From IMG/VR virus record IMGVR_UViG_3300032281_001053, positions 1-36,130 of that record: DNA of 36,130 nt; one strand, written 5' to 3'. The translations under genes were made by a program, and so were the position numbers. Below are positions 1-7,524 of the stretch, piece after piece. Each line of letters starts with the position of its first letter. Position 1 is the stretch's first letter. The notes under the pieces are model-generated. The model saw nothing but the letters and a program-made list of their open reading frames with translations, was not told the DNA's origin and ran no database searches. The stretch is from a virus (Duplodnaviria > Caudoviricetes).

Positions 1-123
1 AACCGCAAGCTCATCGAAGACGCCCCACGGCTCATCGCCTACGGCATCAAGAAAGGATGGATCTCCTACCCCAAGAAACCTCGCACCCAACACACATGGA
101 TCACCAAGGACAGCCCACCGCTC
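1..123. repeat. Terminal direct repeat / circular assembly overlap (copy 1)
   Basis: 1-123 is identical to 36008-36130. Confidence 0.97.
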
Positions 124-308
124 GAACAGGACGATTCGTCAACATTCACAACGGATCCGTAATCGTCGAAGTCATCGGCCAAGGACAATACCGACTCGGA
201 GAGACCCGCCGCACTGTAACCATCTACAGTCGAGACGGGTCTCTTTTCGTTCGCAATTCCCAAGAGTTCAACCGCATCTTCAAAGAACTCCCCAACGACA
301 GCCAGTAG
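96..308 (+). CDS. Small hypothetical protein, DUF1653-like
   Basis: C-terminal VTIY-x4-SLFVRNSQEF-x3-F pattern resembles DUF1653; start uncertain (57 or 96). Confidence 0.6.
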   Translation: MDHQGQPTARTGRFVNIHNGSVIVEVIGQGQYRLGETRRTVTIYSRDGSLFVRNSQEFNRIFKELPNDSQ

Positions 309-331
309 TCCGAACCCAGCAACGCAACGAC

Positions 332-2182
332 ATGACAACGCTCCTCGAACGAGCGGCGCTTTGGCTTGCCAAGGTACCGCCAGCCATCTCCGGATCCGGA
401 GGGCACTCTCAAACCTACACCGCTGCCGTGGGCCTAGTCCACGGCTTCGGCCTTTCAGACACCGACGCATTCGCGCTCCTGTCCGATTGGAACCGCTCAT
501 GCCAACCTCCATGGCAGGACCGCGAACTGCTCCACAAGATCCGACAGGCCAATGAGAAGTCGCACTCCAAGCCCCGCGGGCACCTCGCCAATTCCTCAAG
601 CACCGTGTCCATTGAGCCATTGGATCTGACACGGGTCCGGTTCAGCCGGCCAAAGCCTGTGGAGCCTCTGCGGGTACCAGAGGGGTCCGTGGAGCCGTCC
701 GCGCCATCAAACCCGCCCGCAGCACCCATCCCGGCCTCGCAAGATGCCTCGGAGTTCAAGCGGTTCCTCACAAGTGCTTTCGCTCCAACCGAGGTGGTAT
801 GCATCTGCGAGCAGGTCGAGGACGGTAGGCCGATCAGTGCCGGCTCATTCCTCCCCATCGAGGATTGGATCGCTCGCTTCGATGACCCCGAATCCATCCT
901 GTTCCGCAGCGACCGCACCGATGGCGTCTTCGTCCGCATCAACCCGTTCAAGCCCAACCTCTACAGCGGCTCCGACAACGATGTGATGGCCTACCGCCAT
1001 GTTCTGGTGGAGTTCGATTCCAAGCCCAAGGCCGAGCAGGAACAGCTACTCCGATCCTCGGGCCTACCCATCAGCGTCCTCATCGACTCCGGTGGCAAAT
1101 CCATCCACGCCTGGGTCCGCGTCGATGCCCCCAATCGCAAGGAATGGGACGCCCGCAGGGATCTGATCTACAGCAGCATCCCGGGCGTGGATCCCAAGAA
1201 CAAGAACCCGTCGCGCTTCTCCCGGCTACCGGGCGCATGGCGCGGCGAAGAGAAGCAGAAGCTGTTGGCCAACTCCATAGGCGCCCGCTCGTGGGAGGAG
1301 TGGCTCACCGACCGCGAATCCATCGACGACAGCGCCACGATCGTATCGATCAAAGACCTGATGAACTTTGATTCGGACAACGATCCGGACAACCTCATCG
1401 GCAAACGGTGGCTCACCCGAGGCTCATCCATGATCCTCAGCGGGGGCACCGGCATCGGGAAATCCTCCCTCATGATGCAGATCGTCATCCGGTGGTGCCT
1501 CGGTAAGGACTTCTTTGGCATCGCGCCGGTGCGGCCATTGAAGATCGGGGTCATCCAAGCCGAGAACGACAAGGGCGACCTCGCCGAAGCCTTCCAAGGC
1601 GTAGGCCATGGACTCGACCTCAAGCCCGATGAGATGAAATCGCTCCAGCACCAACTCGAATTTCGCACCGAGGCCGTCCGCACCGGTGACGCATTCCTGG
1701 CTTATGCCCGCCGATTCATCCTCCGATCCAAGCTCGATGTCATCGTGGCCGATCCGCTCTTCTCATACTTCGGTGGCGACCTCAGCGATCAGGGCGAGGT
1801 CAGCGTGTTCTTACGCAACAAGCTCCAGCCCATCCTCCACCAGACCAAGGTCGCGTGGATCTGGATGCACCACATCTCCAAAGCCCAGCGCAAGGACGGA
1901 GAACCGCTCACCACCATGGAACTCGCCCACGCCGGGTTCGGATCCAGCGAACTCGCCAACTGGGCGCGGGAGATCGCCGTCCTGGCAGAAGTAGGCCAGT
2001 CGAAGCCCCGACGGTTCCAACTGGCCTTCTGCAAGCGCGGATCGAGGCTGGATGCTAACTCACTTCATCTTCAGCATTCTCCCAAGGGGATTGTGTGGGA
2101 GCAGTGGAATCCGATGGTGATGACTGGGGCGCAACTGAAGGAGCCGAAGCCTCCTGATCGCCGTACAAGGCGGCGCGGATAG
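332..2182 (+). CDS. Primase-helicase: PriCT-like N-terminus + AEP/RepB-type primase + RecA-family (AAA_25) helicase
   Basis: WNRSCQPPW..EL..KI helical domain; VEFD and DSGGKSIHAW primase motifs; Walker A GGTGIGKS, VIVADP Walker B, WMHHISK. Confidence 0.9.
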   Translation: MTTLLERAALWLAKVPPAISGSGGHSQTYTAAVGLVHGFGLSDTDAFALLSDWNRSCQPPWQDRELLHKIRQANEKSHSKPRGHLANSSSTVSIEPLDLTRVRFSRPKPVEPLRVPEGSVEPSAPSNPPAAPIPASQDASEFKRFLTSAFAPTEVVCICEQVEDGRPISAGSFLPIEDWIARFDDPESILFRSDRTDGVFVRINPFKPNLYSGSDNDVMAYRHVLVEFDSKPKAEQEQLLRSSGLPISVLIDSGGKSIHAWVRVDAPNRKEWDARRDLIYSSIPGVDPKNKNPSRFSRLPGAWRGEEKQKLLANSIGARSWEEWLTDRESIDDSATIVSIKDLMNFDSDNDPDNLIGKRWLTRGSSMILSGGTGIGKSSLMMQIVIRWCLGKDFFGIAPVRPLKIGVIQAENDKGDLAEAFQGVGHGLDLKPDEMKSLQHQLEFRTEAVRTGDAFLAYARRFILRSKLDVIVADPLFSYFGGDLSDQGEVSVFLRNKLQPILHQTKVAWIWMHHISKAQRKDGEPLTTMELAHAGFGSSELANWAREIAVLAEVGQSKPRRFQLAFCKRGSRLDANSLHLQHSPKGIVWEQWNPMVMTGAQLKEPKPPDRRTRRRG

Positions 2183-2690
2183 GGCCCCAATAATCATTGT
2201 AAGCCTTTCGGTTAGCCGCCTCTTTCTCTTCCTGTTTCTTACGCTCCAGCTCCTCGGAATCCACATCCGGGGAGCTTTTCTCTTCCTGAACCTCAACCTC
2301 GGATTCAGGCTCCTCCTCCTCGCGCTTGCGCGATCGCTTACGCTCCAGTTGGCCAAACAACCTCTCGTGCTTCTTCACAGAAGTCTTCAGATACGCAACA
2401 TCACGCTTCAGCTCATTGATGGTTCTCAAGAGCAGCGAAACCTTGTCCTCATCCTCCGGAGGCACCCAGTCGCACCCACGCCATTGCCTATGAACCATGT
2501 CATATACAATCACCTGGGACTTCTTGTTCCTCATAGAGTTGAACGCACGGATCGCACGGCCAAGCTCACATCTCAGATTATCACGGATGTAGGCCAGAAC
2601 CTCGGATCGATCCGGGTCGGCATCGTGGCGTTGCGGGGGCATCAGTCGGAACATCGACCGAAGGGTTGAACCATTGTCCAGATAACTCAT
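2055..2690 (-). CDS. Hypothetical protein (coiled coil, acidic tail)
   Basis: 211-aa ORF from MSYLDNG directly downstream of a sigma70-like promoter; 3' end overlaps the primase gene. Confidence 0.75.
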   Translation of the reverse strand: MSYLDNGSTLRSMFRLMPPQRHDADPDRSEVLAYIRDNLRCELGRAIRAFNSMRNKKSQVIVYDMVHRQWRGCDWVPPEDEDKVSLLLRTINELKRDVAYLKTSVKKHERLFGQLERKRSRKREEEEPESEVEVQEEKSSPDVDSEELERKKQEEKEAANRKAYNDYWGPIRAALYGDQEASAPSVAPQSSPSDSTAPTQSPWENAEDEVS

Positions 2691-2699
2691 AGCAAGACC

Positions 2700-2728
2700 A
2701 GAATGCGTCATGCACGGCAACATGTCAA
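2700..2728 (-). promoter_or_regulatory. Sigma70-like promoter, near-leaderless
   Basis: TTGACA-N17-CATTCT, ATG 9 nt after the -10. Confidence 0.6.
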
Positions 2729-2785
2729 TGTAAAGGAATGTTCATTTTGCAGGGCATACCAAGAAGTTCCCATAGCCACTGCTAC

Positions 2786-2893
2786 CTCCCTAGAGGGAGT
2801 CTTGTCACTCCCTCTTCTAGGGAGTTAAAAACCGCTTACGCCGCAACGCTTTCGGGGGCTCGTGCCGGCCCCCACGCTGCGGCTGCGGTTTTT
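2786..2893. other. Two large inverted-repeat structures; candidate replication origin or bidirectional terminator
   Basis: CTCCCTAGAGGGAGT..ACTCCCTCTTCTAGGGAG (2786-2825); nested AAAAACCGC/GCGGTTTTT, GCCGCA/TGCGGC, GGGGGC/GCCCCC (2827-2893). Confidence 0.6.
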
Positions 2894-3094
2894 CAATGAC
2901 CCTCCACTGATTGCGAAGTATCGGGTTGGATGGATGGATATGGATGCCTCGCAATCGAGCGGAAAGGGGTCGCCAGTGCGTCGGAGGGGTGCTTCCGCAT
3001 CAAATTGCGAAAGCGGGGTCCGCGGGGCTGGAAACGGAAAGCCCCCGGATGGGTGGTCCGAGGGCTCCGCGGGGTGGTGAGCTGGATGTTTGGC

Positions 3095-3376
3095 CTACTC
3101 GCCAGCGACATCCTTCCACTCGGCGATCAGAGTTTGGCACCGAGGGCAGATCTTCTGGAGCCCGAAGTACACGCACGAGCAATGCGTCCGATCAGCCATT
3201 CGATGGCCCGCTTTCAATATAGCAGCCATCTTCTTGGATGTTTGGTCGGTAATGTATAAACGCTTTATATCAACAGAATCCAGAAGACCCTTGTTAGCTG
3301 CCTCAAGTTCCTTGATGCGGCTCCTCATGTCGGCCACATCGGATTTGTATATAAGAGTGTAATGGTCGAAGTTCAT
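3095..3376 (-). CDS. Hypothetical protein with RIKELEAAN coiled coil and CxC..CxxC motif
   Basis: 93-aa ORF coupled by an ATGA overlap to the upstream gene. Confidence 0.75.
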   Translation of the reverse strand: MNFDHYTLIYKSDVADMRSRIKELEAANKGLLDSVDIKRLYITDQTSKKMAAILKAGHRMADRTHCSCVYFGLQKICPRCQTLIAEWKDVAGE

Positions 3377-3600
3377 TTGTATCCTTTGAATTCGTTGATG
3401 TAATATACCGAGTCTTCGATCGTTCGCTTGCTCAGCACCCGATTCTTTCCTCCCCTGATGCAGCGTTCCAGCAAGTCGGCCAAGTGACTCCCGATCTGGA
3501 TCTTAGCGATCGCTTCACGGAATACCTCGTCATGCTCCTGGCTCGTCCTCACGCGGGCATCGCGGAGTTCCTCAAGTAACCTCTCAATGTTTGGGCTCAT
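3373..3600 (-). CDS. Hypothetical protein
   Basis: 75-aa helical ORF from MSPNIERL, downstream of a promoter-like TTGACC-N16-TAGGCT. Confidence 0.7.
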   Translation of the reverse strand: MSPNIERLLEELRDARVRTSQEHDEVFREAIAKIQIGSHLADLLERCIRGGKNRVLSKRTIEDSVYYINEFKGYK

Positions 3601-3610
3601 GTCGGATGGA

Positions 3611-3638
3611 AGCCTACCACTCCATGCCCCAAGGTCAA
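3611..3638 (-). promoter_or_regulatory. Sigma70-like promoter
   Basis: TTGACC-N16-TAGGCT, 10 nt before the ATG at 3600. Confidence 0.45.
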
Positions 3639-3676
3639 GCGGGAAAACGTGGAGTATGGATGGAATATTCTGTACC

Positions 3677-3759
3677 GCTCCATGCTCCATGCTCGGGGCC
3701 AGCGGGTTCCGGATTCCGAGTTTCCGAATTCCGAATCTGGTATGGGGTATGGGGCATAG
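3677..3759. repeat. Cluster of three different 7-bp tandem repeats
   Basis: (GCTCCAT)2.6 at 3677-3694; TTCCGGA TTCCGAG T TTCCGAA TTCCGAA at 3707-3735; GGTATGG GGTATGG GGCATAG at 3739-3759. Confidence 0.8.
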
Positions 3760-3871
3760 CCCGGCATGAGCGGGTCGGACACGGCGTGTCTCACCTGGTT
3801 GGACATTGGGTGTCCTAGGGGGGCGGGCGATCGGCAAGGAAGGAAGGGATCGGCAGACACCGGATCAGGGC

Positions 3872-3901
3872 AAAGAAAAACCCCGTGGGGATTCCACGGG
3901 G
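3872..3901 (-). terminator. Rho-independent terminator of the minus-strand early operon
   Basis: Minus strand reads CCCCGTGG-AATCC-CCACGGGG followed by TTTTTCTTT. Confidence 0.8.
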
Positions 3902-3927
3902 TGGGGGGGGGGAGACTGGCCGACTTG

Positions 3928-4023
3928 TCAGCCGCCGTTCCCGGCTAGGGCCGAAAGCACCATCAATGCAACGAATAGGGCAGCAAGGAGGAGGTAACCC
4001 AAGGCGCGAAAGAGGTCGGTCAC
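3928..4023 (-). CDS. 31-aa single-TM peptide (MTDLFRALGYLLLAALFVALMVLSALAGNGG)
   Basis: GTG start overlaps the upstream TGA (GTGA); hydrophobic; ends just before the terminator; below the ORF-track cutoff. Confidence 0.7.
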   Translation of the reverse strand: MTDLFRALGYLLLAALFVALMVLSALAGNGG

Positions 4024-4217
4024 GAGACGTAGCAAGGAAGGGGTTTTCCGTCGATGTCCACGATGATCACTCCGGAGCCGCCGTCATGACGCGCCTGCTC
4101 TTCAGACTCTGCGGCCTCTTGAGGCGTCGCAGCACGAAGAAAGGATCCGTCCATGTAGCTGTGGAGGGTTTTCACTTCGAGGACATAGTCGGAGGAAATC
4201 CAATGGGTGGTTTTCAT
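4020..4217 (-). CDS. Small acidic hypothetical protein
   Basis: 65 aa from MKTTHWIS, tightly packed in the operon. Confidence 0.7.
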   Translation of the reverse strand: MKTTHWISSDYVLEVKTLHSYMDGSFLRAATPQEAAESEEQARHDGGSGVIIVDIDGKPLPCYVS

Positions 4218-4221
4218 CGGC

Positions 4222-4548
4222 TCAGAACAGTTGAATGACAACCCCGCCGTTGAATTTGACAACCTGCGTGTGATCGCGGAGCCACTCCAAAGCCTCAGGC
4301 TCGCAGTCGGTGTCGTTGCCGCAGACTTCCTTGAAACCGTATTCTTTAGCGGCAGTGAGCGCGGAAGGGTATTCGGCCCACTCACAGCAGATTCCAACGG
4401 GGTCCAATTCAAGCTCGACCCCGCAAGAGTCCTCGTATTCTTCGAGGTACTCGAAAAGAGCGAAAAGCGCGGGGCGGCTGAATTGGGTTTCCCTCCCGCA
4501 ATCGCGGAAGGATTCGACGAACTGGTAACTTGTAACTGTGGTTTTCAT
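4222..4548 (-). CDS. Acidic early protein (possible antirestriction/DNA-mimic type)
   Basis: 108 aa from MKTTVTS; FS..AL.ALFEYLEEYE..ELELD...ICCEWAEY pattern that I recognise from phage early regions; function is inferred only. Confidence 0.8.
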   Translation of the reverse strand: MKTTVTSYQFVESFRDCGRETQFSRPALFALFEYLEEYEDSCGVELELDPVGICCEWAEYPSALTAAKEYGFKEVCGNDTDCEPEALEWLRDHTQVVKFNGGVVIQLF

Positions 4549-4560
4549 GATTTGTTGAAT

Positions 4561-4612
4561 CGGGCAGTGATTACCCGCCATTCCCTACCAGTTGCCCGAT
4601 AGGGAATCGCGG
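4561..4612 (-). promoter_or_regulatory. Intergenic RNA hairpin with GNRA tetraloop and alternative pairings
   Basis: Minus-strand AUUCCCUAUCGG-GCAA-CUGGUAGGGAAU (4607-4580); its G-U pairs work on the transcribed strand. Confidence 0.7.
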
Positions 4613-4616
4613 ACGG

Positions 4617-5240
4617 TCACTTGGCCCACTCAATCGCTCGGCCTTGACGCGCAAGGTCGAAGGAGTCGAACCGCTTGAACAAGTCCGCGAACCGTTCCCA
4701 TTGCCACTCGGACGGAGGCCGAACTGGTTCAAGCTCTCCGGATTCGGACACCGTGCACAGAACCGGAGTCACTCGGATCGATGAGATGAGTACTTGGGAT
4801 TCGACGTTGAACGCGAAGTCCGGACACCAATGGCCGAGTGGCCCGCCGATAGTTTCCATAGTCTGAGTTGTCTCAAATCCCGCACCGATCGAATCGAGGA
4901 ACTTGAAAGCAGTCTCCCGGTCGAAAATCCCGGACATCTGCACATCCGAGATGCATGCCCAAAAACCCTCGCGCCCGAACTTTTCCTTAAGCTTGCGGCA
5001 GATTTGAAAGCGGGTTTCACCACGCACATCGTCCAGCCGATCGAGGATGGCCCGTGGAATCGAACCCTGCTTTGCAAGGTACTGATACTCTGAGTCAAAG
5101 GGTTCGGATGGTTCGACCGGAAGTCCCGGCCAAGCTTTTAAGACATCCGGTAAGGTAGTATCGCAGGGATGCCACTCGCACAGGTCCGGATGCTCTCCAG
5201 AGAAGCTGGCGACGATTGAGAAGCCGAGGCGGTATTTCAC
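4617..5240 (-). CDS. Hypothetical early protein
   Basis: 207 aa from GTG (MKYRLGFSIV), with GTGA coupling to the upstream peptide. Confidence 0.8.
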   Translation of the reverse strand: MKYRLGFSIVASFSGEHPDLCEWHPCDTTLPDVLKAWPGLPVEPSEPFDSEYQYLAKQGSIPRAILDRLDDVRGETRFQICRKLKEKFGREGFWACISDVQMSGIFDRETAFKFLDSIGAGFETTQTMETIGGPLGHWCPDFAFNVESQVLISSIRVTPVLCTVSESGELEPVRPPSEWQWERFADLFKRFDSFDLARQGRAIEWAK

Positions 5241-5347
5241 ATTGCACCCCCAATCAAAGCATCGGCGAGGAGCCAGATGACCGGGAGGAGGAGGATGTGA
5301 AGCGCTAGGAATCCTAAAGCGCGGAGGAGTTTGAAGCGTGTTTTCAT
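5237..5347 (-). CDS. 36-aa single-TM peptide (MKTRFKLLRALGFLALHILLLPVIWLLADALIGGAM)
   Basis: Hydrophobic ORF, first gene after the promoter; alternative in-frame GTG at 5377. Confidence 0.7.
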   Translation of the reverse strand: MKTRFKLLRALGFLALHILLLPVIWLLADALIGGAM

Positions 5348-5383
5348 GGTGTAGGAAGGAACCGGTGATCGGTTCACGGGGAG

Positions 5384-5412
5384 AAAATCGCAAAGAAGGC
5401 GGCACTTGTCAA
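5384..5412 (-). promoter_or_regulatory. Sigma70-like promoter of the early operon
   Basis: TTGACA-N17-GATTTT, divergent from terS. Confidence 0.55.
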
Positions 5413-5465
5413 TACTCATGCACAAATATTTCAAGGTGGTTCACTTTATGGGGCAAAGTGAGGGC

Positions 5466-5891
5466 ATGGCCAGGAGGAAGAAAGAGGAAGCAAGCGCCGC
5501 CCAGGTTGTGGAGAAGAGGAGAGTGGGGAGGCCTCGAATTCCTGTTTCAGAGGATGACCAAAAAAAAGCCCTCGAAGCCTGCAAGCTCGGGATCCCTCTA
5601 GAGCGGGTAGCTATCCTCTGCGGGTTCCCGTCTGGCAACGCTGGACGCTGGCATGACTTCCTTCGACGCAATCCAGACTTCGCGGACCAACTGGAGAAGG
5701 CGAGGCTAGAGGGTGAGCTAGAGCTTTCATCGGTTGTTCGCCAGTGCGGCAATGGTTGGCAAGGATCCGCTTGGCTACTGGAGAGAACCCGCGGGTACGT
5801 CGCACGTGCCCAATTGGAGCACACCGGCAAGGGTGGCAAGGAACTCTCAGTATCCGGAGCCCTACTAGGAGCATTCGGAGGGAGCAAATAG
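5466..5891 (+). CDS. terS: Terminase small subunit
   Basis: GRP motif + HTH, P.F...LE.AR, WQGSAWLLER, LEHTGKGG; upstream of TerL; start 5448 or 5466. Confidence 0.85.
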   Translation: MARRKKEEASAAQVVEKRRVGRPRIPVSEDDQKKALEACKLGIPLERVAILCGFPSGNAGRWHDFLRRNPDFADQLEKARLEGELELSSVVRQCGNGWQGSAWLLERTRGYVARAQLEHTGKGGKELSVSGALLGAFGGSK

Positions 5892-5968
5892 GACCACGGG
5901 GGGGGGACCACCCCAAGAGGGGGGTGGGTGTTACCTGTATACCCCCTCACCCAACCACCACAAATTTT

Positions 5969-7507
5969 ATGCCAGTCAAGCAAATTAAGCGTAAGAAATC
6001 CCCTTCACTCGGAATGGGTTCTCACATCCCTGCGTGGAAGCAGCGTAAGCTCCTGGAGGAGGCGCAGCAGTTGAAGAATTTCCCGAAGATGATGCTTGGC
6101 CTACGTGATACCTACCCCTGGCAGGAGGCGGTGCTCGGGGCGTTGAACGAGAAGCACTCGAAGGTGGCTCTGAAAGCTGCGAATGGCTCTGGCAAGACGA
6201 GCATGGTGGCCGCGAGCGCGGTGGTATGGCATATGCTTCGCTGGCCGGGGAGCTTGGTGGTGTGTACTGCTGGCGTGTACCGACAGGTGGCCGATGCTCT
6301 GTGGCCTCATCTGCGGAAGATGATCAATGGGTTGGGTGGCGAGGAGAACGGCTTCTCGATCAAGGATGGCGAGATCCGCTATGTGTACCCGAAGAGAGGG
6401 GTGGATGGTCAGGAGCTGGTGAGCCGGTGTATTGGGTTCAGCGCCAGCAACCCGGAGAAGGCGGAGGGCTGGCACGTTCAGGGTCCGAGCAACGACCTGA
6501 TGTATATCGTCGACGAGGCGAAGGCTGTACCGGACGGGATATTCCAGTCGATGGAGCGGTGCCAGCCGACGCGGACCCTGCTGATGAGCAGCCCGGGGGG
6601 TAGCTCCGGGTACTTCTACGATGTATTCAGGCGGAACGACGGCAAGTGGCAGACCTTCACGGTGACCGCTTACGATTGTCCGCATATCCGGAAGGAGTGG
6701 ATAGCGGAGCAGATGGCCCGCTGGGGCGAGGGTCATCCGCTGGTGCGCTCGATGATCTACGCGGAGTTCATGGAGGATGACGGGAGCCTGACCGCGGTGA
6801 AGACGGCTGACTGGCAGAAGGTTGTATCTGGCCCACCTAAGGAGGATACGGAGGGTCACCGTCTGACCGCTGGCTGCGATTTCTCAGCCGGCGGCGACGA
6901 GAGCGTGATGGTTATCCGCCATGGGAACACGGTGAAGGGGCTGATCCGCTGGCGGGACAAGGACACGATGGCCAGTGTGGGGCGGTTCATAGCCGAGTTC
7001 CGCAAGTGGAAGCTCAAGGCCGAGGACATCTACGCGGATGTGGGAGGCATGGGCGTGGTCATGTGCGACGCCCTGAGGGCCGAGGGCTGGGATGTGAGGC
7101 GAGTGAATTTTGGTGAGCGGGCCATTCGGGATGATCAGTTCGTGAATCGAGCGGCGGAGATGTGGATTGAGTTCGGGCGGATGGTGGAGGAGGGTAAGGT
7201 GAATCTGGGACCGGTCGGGACGGACGAGGTGCTGCTCCAGCAGTTCGTGAGCCGGAAGGTGCGGACCAATGGGAAGGGGAAGCTCACGCTGGAGGGCAAG
7301 GATGAGTTGCGGGCGAGGGGTGTGAACAGCCCGGATCGGGCGGATGCGATGGTGTTGGCCTTCTGTGGTGGTGGCGGGAAGCGGATGGACGAGTACATGA
7401 AGGCGCTGGGCGAGGATGGGCGGAGCCTGCTGGAGCGGATGGAGGATGAGCTAGGGGCGATAGAACCGGAGGGGGTTGCGCTTGCTGGTTGCGAGGTAGG
7501 GGGATAA
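5969..7507 (+). CDS. terL: Terminase large subunit
   Basis: YPWQ, Walker A AANGSGKT, Walker B YIVDEA, MSSPGG, nuclease GCDFSAGGD / DVGGMG / SPDRADA. Confidence 0.95.
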   Translation: MPVKQIKRKKSPSLGMGSHIPAWKQRKLLEEAQQLKNFPKMMLGLRDTYPWQEAVLGALNEKHSKVALKAANGSGKTSMVAASAVVWHMLRWPGSLVVCTAGVYRQVADALWPHLRKMINGLGGEENGFSIKDGEIRYVYPKRGVDGQELVSRCIGFSASNPEKAEGWHVQGPSNDLMYIVDEAKAVPDGIFQSMERCQPTRTLLMSSPGGSSGYFYDVFRRNDGKWQTFTVTAYDCPHIRKEWIAEQMARWGEGHPLVRSMIYAEFMEDDGSLTAVKTADWQKVVSGPPKEDTEGHRLTAGCDFSAGGDESVMVIRHGNTVKGLIRWRDKDTMASVGRFIAEFRKWKLKAEDIYADVGGMGVVMCDALRAEGWDVRRVNFGERAIRDDQFVNRAAEMWIEFGRMVEEGKVNLGPVGTDEVLLQQFVSRKVRTNGKGKLTLEGKDELRARGVNSPDRADAMVLAFCGGGGKRMDEYMKALGEDGRSLLERMEDELGAIEPEGVALAGCEVGG

Positions 7508-7524
7508 AGGAAGGGAGGACATTT

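Noticed and set aside
2786-2893. tRNA or known ribozyme
   Set aside because: No cloverleaf, T-loop or CCA, and no recognisable hammerhead, twister or HDV core by eye; an Rfam scan is needed to exclude fully
2862-3111. Short overlapping ORFs on both strands (e.g. 2893-3111 minus)
   Set aside because: No RBS or coupling, Pro/Arg-rich non-protein-like composition; probably non-coding
3601-3837. N-terminal extension of the 3373-3837 ORF
   Set aside because: It runs through heptamer repeats and a promoter; the ATG at 3600 is the better start
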